Part shown: piece after piece, positions 58,765 to 64,000 of the stretch | Layout: every line of letters begins with the position of its first letter | Numbering within the stretch: position 1 is the stretch's first letter | NCBI GenBank assembly: GCA_003635185.1 | Contig: PYJA01000069.1 | Location: forward strand, 1,027-65,026 | Reading direction: 5' to 3' | DNA from: Candidatus Poribacteria bacterium | GTDB lineage: Bacteria; Poribacteria; WGA-4E; WGA-3G | Length of the DNA: 64,000 nt | Notes under the pieces: model-generated | What the model was told of the DNA's origin: nothing | Database searches by the model: none | What the model saw: only the letters and a program-made list of their open reading frames with translations | Made by a program: the position numbers and the translations under genes

Positions 58765-59895
58765 TCATTTCTCTCCTATGGTTACTGATGTCCCTTCCAC
58801 TTGTCCACCTGTTCCGATTGTCTCTAATAGATTTTGTCCATCAATGTGTTGTCGTAGTATCGTGTAAATTAGTGTTGTACCAACAGATGCTAATGAAAAA
58901 AGATAGGCAATTACACCACCTGCAATGCATATTAACGTAACTGTTATCAAAATGGCACAGACCGTAGTAGAGAATATTGCAACAGAAGGTTGGGATGTGT
59001 CAATGCCAAAGATAATAGTGTTATCTTGAAAAAATAGACTTGTAAATTTCTGAAGTGTCTCTCCCAACCATTTATTCGCAAGTGCCATAGATTCTTGTAT
59101 AAACGTTGTATGCAGATAGAACATTGGTAACAAGATTATTATAAACCCACCAAGACAGAAGATAGCCCAAATCGGCACGAAGATTAGTTTTAGAAATAAT
59201 AGAAAAATACCATAGCCTACGATTCGCCAAGGTTGATTCCATACTATTGCAAAAAGTTGATATATAGTTTCAAACGCATCAGTATTGGTTGTAGCAGCAA
59301 TAGCAGGCACAAAAAACAGGCTTGCAATCAAAACAGTAATAATAAATGCGATGAGCAGTCCAATAAAAAAAGCGATAGGAGTAAATAGCGAAGCTAATAC
59401 GAGAATCGGTTTGCCAAGAAATGGGATTTTTCCGAGCAGCGCAACGCTACCGGGTATCAAGAACAGCAAAAACACGATAGAAATCAATCCAAAAAATGAT
59501 CCAAAAACTGTTTTCCAATTCTGTTTAACGAAACTTAAAGCGTTTCCAACTGAATAAAAAACATCACCACGTAATTGTTCAATGGTGATCTTGGAAGCCA
59601 TTGTACTGACAAGGAAAAAGATAGCTGCGAAAGCAGATAAACCTACCCACATTACCCCAGTTGTAAGAGGACTTAATTCGGTTGTAGTGAATGGCAAAAC
59701 GGGTAAAAGTCCGGAGGTTTTCCAAAAATTTCGTGCTTCTGTCCCATCCGTAATAAAGAGGGTGAGATAGAACAAAATCTCATAAATGAGGTAGCCGAGA
59801 AGTATCCCAACAAGATGGATCCCTATCCTTCGAACGCTGAATCCATAATGATTAATTCTGGAGATATCCTTGTAGTTGAAGTGGAACTGTGCCAT
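58765..59895 (-). CDS. polytopic membrane protein of unknown function
   Basis: 376 aa with at least 8 hydrophobic segments. No recognisable motif. Confidence 0.55.
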   Translation of the reverse strand: MAQFHFNYKDISRINHYGFSVRRIGIHLVGILLGYLIYEILFYLTLFITDGTEARNFWKTSGLLPVLPFTTTELSPLTTGVMWVGLSAFAAIFFLVSTMASKITIEQLRGDVFYSVGNALSFVKQNWKTVFGSFFGLISIVFLLFLIPGSVALLGKIPFLGKPILVLASLFTPIAFFIGLLIAFIITVLIASLFFVPAIAATTNTDAFETIYQLFAIVWNQPWRIVGYGIFLLFLKLIFVPIWAIFCLGGFIIILLPMFYLHTTFIQESMALANKWLGETLQKFTSLFFQDNTIIFGIDTSQPSVAIFSTTVCAILITVTLICIAGGVIAYLFSLASVGTTLIYTILRQHIDGQNLLETIGTGGQVEGTSVTIGEK

Positions 59896-60300
59896 GTTTT
59901 CACCAGATTAGCTGATGTGTGTAGCTGCATTAGAATTATTGTGCTGTGACAACGCCTTTTTGCTCTATTATGATACTATAATTTACCCAATTGTGTCAAG
60001 TATTTATTTCAGATGACAGGGTTATTTAGTTTTATAAATTGCAAGTCAATGAGTTTTACTAATAGTTAATGTGAGTTTGATAAATAGTTTGGACTTCCAC
60101 ATTTCCTCTTAAAGTCTCCCTGATAAGGGGGTTAAAAACACCAAAATGACGATTTTTTCAGCAAATATGCCCGTTCTCTGTTCAATTTGCGCCTGTCTTG
60201 TTAATTATCAAACTCACGCTAATAGTTAGTTATGATTGCATCAATGCAAAGTAGTAGGCACACTCCGTGTGCCGTAATCCACTCTAAAGATGGCACGCGG

Positions 60301-60462
60301 ATGAAGTTTAAGTTATTAATTCGGTAATTTGGCGAGGTTAGGAAGAAATCAACGGTATGAATGCCTATTGGCATTCCCCGCCTCGCCAGCAGAGATGTAC
60401 ACTTGCTGCTGGCGAGATTTCCTAATCTCGCTAAATTACCCAATTTATTTTTTTATCTTCAT
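60301..60462. mobile_element. 162-bp MITE, copy 2
   Basis: See copy 1. A terminal fragment also occurs inverted at about 24944-24970. Confidence 0.85.
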
Positions 60463-60679
60463 GAGCGTGCCTACTACCATGTCAGATTATGTTTATTATC
60501 TAACCTATAATACATTAACATTTATGATAAAATGGTTCAGAAATACCGAAAACTAAATAACCCTGGTTTGTATTCCTTAACCGTTGACAAAAAAGACAAA
60601 CCCCGTTAAAATTACGGAAATCCTCAATTCTTAATATAGAGGATAAATTATAAATGTATAGCATTAGAAAGGAAAACTT

Positions 60680-61306
60680 ATGTTACATACACCCCCAGAA
60701 TCCGCTGTGATTCTCTTTGATGGAAAAGACCTTAGCAATTGGGTAGGTCGTGATGGAGGTGAACCAAAATGGAAAGTTGAAGGCGACGCTATGATTGTTG
60801 AACCACGCACCGGTGACATATCAAGCAAGGAAACCTTTACAGACCATTTCCTCCACCTTGAATTTATGTGTCCTGATATGCCTGAAGCAAGTGGACAGGC
60901 AAAAGGAAATAGTGGCGTTTTTTTCCAAGGCAGATATGAAATTCAGGTCTTGGATTCTTACGGTATTGAGGTGCCAGGCAAGGGCGATTGTGGCGCAATC
61001 TATAACCAATTCGCAGCACTTGTTAACGCTTGTTTACCTCCACTTCATTGGCAAACTTATGATGTTATCTTTCGCGCCCCTCGGTTCAACGATGCTGGTG
61101 AAATGACTGAAAACGTCAGAGTGACGGCACTACAGAACGGATTGGTAATCCTCAATAATGTGCAGTTGCCAGGCACTACAGCGGGTGGTGCTGATTCAGC
61201 GGTGGCTCAACCGGGGCCGCTACGTTTGCAAGACCACGGCAATTTGGTTCAGTATCGGAATATTTGGGCAGTTCCGCTTCCGCTTGAAGGATCGGATCAA
61301 TATTAG
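60680..61306 (+). CDS. DUF1080-domain protein (3-keto-disaccharide hydrolase-like, concanavalin-type fold)
   Basis: Blocks W....G.W.VEDG, NSGVFFQGRYEIQVLDS and LQDHGN.VQYRNIW. Confidence 0.8.
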   Translation: MLHTPPESAVILFDGKDLSNWVGRDGGEPKWKVEGDAMIVEPRTGDISSKETFTDHFLHLEFMCPDMPEASGQAKGNSGVFFQGRYEIQVLDSYGIEVPGKGDCGAIYNQFAALVNACLPPLHWQTYDVIFRAPRFNDAGEMTENVRVTALQNGLVILNNVQLPGTTAGGADSAVAQPGPLRLQDHGNLVQYRNIWAVPLPLEGSDQY

Positions 61307-61416
61307 TGCGTTGTCAACTTTGGATTTTAATGTCTGTTTGTTCGTGGTAGGGGCGGGGTAACTCGCCCCATAAGCGTCAATTTAGCGGTTCATTGTTGTC
61401 TATCGTTGATTTCTTC

Positions 61417-61515
61417 AGTCCCGTAGGGACGATATGTTTATAGAAAATGTTGTCCCTCCCCTCTTTAGTTCCGTAGGAACGGCATAGAAAGATAACATAT
61501 CGTCCCTACGGGACT
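61417..61515. repeat. 22-bp perfect inverted repeat (agtcccgtagggacgatatgtt) with a 55-nt spacer that carries a third, direct copy of the core
   Basis: The arms are 61417-61438 and 61494-61515. The related core cagtcccagagggacggaatgtgt occurs inside the 31196-31552 element. Confidence 0.8.
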
Positions 61516-61640
61516 AAAGAGAACAAAAGTTTGTGCCTTTGTGTCAAAAACTTTACACACCTTGTCCAGATTTCCACTTGACAAGACAGAACGTAAATAG
61601 TACAATGAGGAATATAGAATATTAAAAGGGGGACGAAAGC

Positions 61641-62207
61641 ATGACACAACAAGAGCTTTACGAAGTCACGCAAGGGACTCTCACACCAGAAAAAGTCTCC
61701 ATGACATTGGCAGAATTTCTTGAAAACGATATAGAGGGTTATGAATACGTTAAAGGCGAATTAGTGCCGATGTCACCAGCTACAAGAGCACATAGTAAGG
61801 TTAGTGTTAAGGTCATCCGGTATTTGGATCGATATGTGGACGAGAATCAGTTAGGGGAGGTACATGTAGAGGCAACTTTTCGGGTCGGTGAACGAGGACT
61901 GAAGCCCGATGTGGCGTTTGTTTCAAGTACCCGATTGGATGGAGACGAAAACAAAGGTTTTCCGATCCCTCCCGACCTGGCGATTGAGGTTATTTCGCCG
62001 ACAGATATTCAGTCACGCGTTGTGGATAAAGCGTTCGCCTATCTGAATGCTGGAACACGTCTCGTCTGGATTCTTGACCCCCACTCCCAAACGGTGACAG
62101 TTTATCGTTCTGAAAGAGATATTGCACTGCTCACGTACGAAGACACACTCACAGGTGAAGATGTTGTGCCAGGATTTACCTGTCCCGTCTCACAACTCTT
62201 TGAGTAG
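61641..62207 (+). CDS. Uma2-family (DUF820) PD-ExK endonuclease-like protein
   Basis: YEYVKGELV.MSPA, PDVAFV, PDLAIEVISP. Confidence 0.85.
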   Translation: MTQQELYEVTQGTLTPEKVSMTLAEFLENDIEGYEYVKGELVPMSPATRAHSKVSVKVIRYLDRYVDENQLGEVHVEATFRVGERGLKPDVAFVSSTRLDGDENKGFPIPPDLAIEVISPTDIQSRVVDKAFAYLNAGTRLVWILDPHSQTVTVYRSERDIALLTYEDTLTGEDVVPGFTCPVSQLFE

Positions 62208-62360
62208 TTGTGTCTTCTATTAATCTTTTTAGGTGTGAGAGGCATATAAAAAAGCGGAACAAGAAACATTCTGTAAGATAAAACTGACATGACAACTATT
62301 GCGTAATGTGTTGTAAATGGTCCTAACGCAATGCATCGCGCGCTTATCAGGAGAAATTTT

Positions 62361-63323
62361 ATGGCAAATCAATCTTTACCAACTATTCCTCGCCGACGCT
62401 TAGGGAGGACAGAATTAAGCATACCTGTCGTTCCGTACGGGACACAAGGTTTCGGTAACAATTTCGGCTTTGTTTCAGATGAGGATGCAGTGGCATTAAT
62501 TAAACATTCTATTTCTATCGGTGTAAATCATTTTGATTGTGCGCGTTGCTATGGCGATTCCCAGCGGAAACTCGGTTTAGCAATGAAGGAAATTCCACGC
62601 GAGGATGTTATCATTACAGCTCGACTCTGCTGTCACTCTGCAGCGGATTGGGGTGGTTATGGACAGGGCAAACCCAACTATTCTGCCGACCGTGCAATCG
62701 CTGATCTGGAAGACCAACTTGAACTACTGAATGTTGATTATCTGGACGGCATGCTGATCCATGATCCGCATGAAATCGACCCAACGCTTGAAAAAGGCGG
62801 AACGCTTGAAGGTTTACTCAAATGTAAAGAACGTGGACTTGTCAGATTTGTCGGTTACGGTATGCGTCAGCACGATTTTCACCTTAAAGCGATTGCGACA
62901 GGTGATGTCGACCTACTCTTATGCTTCAATGACTATAACCTTGTCCGACAAACTGTACAGGATACAATTCTCCCCGCCGCTGCTGAAGCAGATGTTGGCG
63001 TGATGAACGGGTGGTCTATCCTTCGGGGTATCCTCACAGGTGTTGATCTGGATGCAGAAATTGAACGGGGACGTTGGAAAAAAGAAGGTGATGTTGCAGC
63101 AGCATATCCAATCTGGGAATGGTGTGTTGAAGAAGGTATCAGTTTGCTCCAGCTTGCGCTTCAGTTCTGTCTGAAAGAGGAACGGATTCAAGGTAATAAT
63201 ATCGGCAGCCTCAACGTTGAGCAATTAGAGGCAAATGTCATCGCTGCCAGTACACCGTTACCGGATGAAGTGTGGGAAAAATACGAAGCAAAGTTCGGTT
63301 CAACAAAAGTGAAAACCACCTAA
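62361..63323 (+). CDS. aldo/keto reductase
   Basis: LGRT.L.IP....G, FDCARCYG, HDP. The ATG at 62361 follows AGGAGA; the ORF track begins at 62331. Confidence 0.85.
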   Translation: MANQSLPTIPRRRLGRTELSIPVVPYGTQGFGNNFGFVSDEDAVALIKHSISIGVNHFDCARCYGDSQRKLGLAMKEIPREDVIITARLCCHSAADWGGYGQGKPNYSADRAIADLEDQLELLNVDYLDGMLIHDPHEIDPTLEKGGTLEGLLKCKERGLVRFVGYGMRQHDFHLKAIATGDVDLLLCFNDYNLVRQTVQDTILPAAAEADVGVMNGWSILRGILTGVDLDAEIERGRWKKEGDVAAAYPIWEWCVEEGISLLQLALQFCLKEERIQGNNIGSLNVEQLEANVIAASTPLPDEVWEKYEAKFGSTKVKTT

Positions 63324-63520
63324 AAATTTGGCAACTGCTTGAGTTAGCAGTTGCAGAACAACTTAACTGTGAAGATCGAAGTCCCTGAAAACCCAACGCA
63401 TCTACTAAAACAGAAGTAGGCAGAAAATACGGTTTCAATGAAACAATTACTCAGTTTTATTCGTTTTTATAAAACTTTTTGCGAAAATTGTATTTTTATC
63501 GTATTTTTTGCAAAATTTAT

Positions 63521-63549
63521 TTGACATACACCACTTTATGTGGTATACT
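63521..63549 (+). promoter_or_regulatory. sigma-70 promoter P1 of the tRNA-Ala/23S unit
   Basis: TTGACA, a 17-nt spacer ending in TGg (extended -10), then TATACT. Confidence 0.65.
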
Positions 63550-63602
63550 TAAAATCTGTTAGGGATTGGAACTGAATTAAATCCCGTTCTTTGAAAATAA
63601 AT

Positions 63603-63631
63603 TTGACTTAAATCAAATTCTATGGTATACT
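63603..63631 (+). promoter_or_regulatory. sigma-70 promoter P2
   Basis: TTGACT, a 17-nt spacer ending in TGg, then TATACT. Confidence 0.65.
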
Positions 63632-63653
63632 AAATATACCTTATGAAAAAAGT

Positions 63654-63682
63654 TTGACTTATGTCAGATTTCGTGGTATACT
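63654..63682 (+). promoter_or_regulatory. sigma-70 promoter P3
   Basis: TTGACT, a 17-nt spacer ending in TGg, then TATACT. It lies about 18 nt upstream of tRNA-Ala. Confidence 0.65.
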
Positions 63683-63699
63683 ATATATCACATACGCGA

Positions 63700-63772
63700 G
63701 GGGGTGTAGCTCAGATGGGAGAGCATCTGGTTTGCAACCAGAAGGTCAGCGGTTCAACTCCGCTCATCTCCA
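63700..63772 (+). tRNA. tRNA-Ala (anticodon UGC)
   Basis: Hand-folded cloverleaf with the G3:U70 identity pair, anticodon loop UUUGCAA and T-loop UUCAACU. CCA is not encoded. Confidence 0.9.
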
Positions 63773-63781
63773 TCGCCTAAC

Positions 63782-63824
63782 AGAAGTGGGAACACTTCTA
63801 AAAATAGGCGGCGTTCTTTGACAA
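63782..63824 (+). promoter_or_regulatory. rrn antitermination-like leader: boxB-type hairpin (agaagtg-ggaa-cacttct) followed by a boxA-like GTTCTTTGACAA
   Basis: The boxA-like 12-mer at 63813-63824 matches the E. coli consensus GCTCTTTAACAA at 10 of 12 positions. The hairpin at 63782-63799 lies upstream of it. Confidence 0.55.
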
Positions 63825-63867
63825 CTGTATAGAGAGGGTAAATCGGTAGAATATAAAAATATCACCT

Positions 63868-64000
63868 TATCAAGCTACTAAGGGCTTACGGTGGATGCCT
63901 TGGTGCCAGGAGACGATGAAGGGCGTGACAGGCTGCGATAAGCTTCGGGGAGTTGCATAGTAAACTGTGATCCGGAGATTCCCGAATCGGGCAACCGAGC
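63868..64000 (+). rRNA. rrl: 23S rRNA, 5' end (continues beyond the window)
   Basis: AAGCTACTAAGGGCTTACGGTGGATGCCTTGG...GATGAAGGGCGTG...GCGATAAGC matches the universally conserved 5' domain of bacterial 23S. The exact 5' end is approximate. Confidence 0.9.

Noticed and set aside
60071-60217. A 13-bp inverted repeat (gtgagtttgataa / ttatcaaactcac) flanking the partial palindromic-element copy, as a further mobile element.
   Set aside because: The arms are short, only a single instance occurs in the window, and the adjacent ctaatagtta motifs are direct rather than inverted. The evidence is insufficient to define an element.
61465-61647. A 60-aa ORF on the minus strand upstream of the Uma2 gene.
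   Set aside because: It lies within the inverted-repeat element at 61417-61515 and the promoter region. It has no support as a coding sequence.

Overview
A 64-kb bacterial chromosomal window, moderately AT-rich and probably from an uncultivated lineage; I cannot assign taxonomy from sequence alone. Housekeeping genes include secA, an rpoD-like sigma factor, recQ, larC, an msbA-like ABC exporter, sppA, tatD, tRNA-Thr/Phe/Ala and the 5' end of 23S rRNA. There are also envelope and polysaccharide genes (CapD-like dehydratase, sugar transferase, GT2, GT4) and small catabolic modules. Several accessory islets interrupt this backbone. (1) A complete type I Zorya-like defence operon, zorABCD, at 4742-12527, with ZorD carrying SNF2 helicase and Mrr-like nuclease domains. 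(2) An R-M2-M1 restriction-modification operon at 17808-20452, flanked by a 75-bp duplication of the M1 gene's 5' end. (3) Two tandem paralogous genes at 21571-24700, each interrupted by one conserved in-frame TGA inside a Cys-TGA-Gly motif with a small downstream hairpin. These are candidate Cys-Sec selenoproteins of an unrecognised family and are my top finding. (4) An IsrB-like (PLMP + split RuvC, no HNH) OMEGA-type nuclease gene at 25309-26343. (5) A solitary methyltransferase fused to an Mrr-like domain at 51773-53185, flanked by coiled-coil membrane-anchored proteins. Intergenic regions are saturated with several repeat families: REP-like hairpins, a 161-bp MITE found twice and each time sitting inside a palindrome, a 134-bp perfect-armed palindromic element, and a 357-bp element with terminal inverted repeats. 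The window ends with three tandem near-consensus promoters, tRNA-Ala and 23S rRNA with no 16S upstream, so the rRNA genes appear unlinked. No CRISPR array was found.
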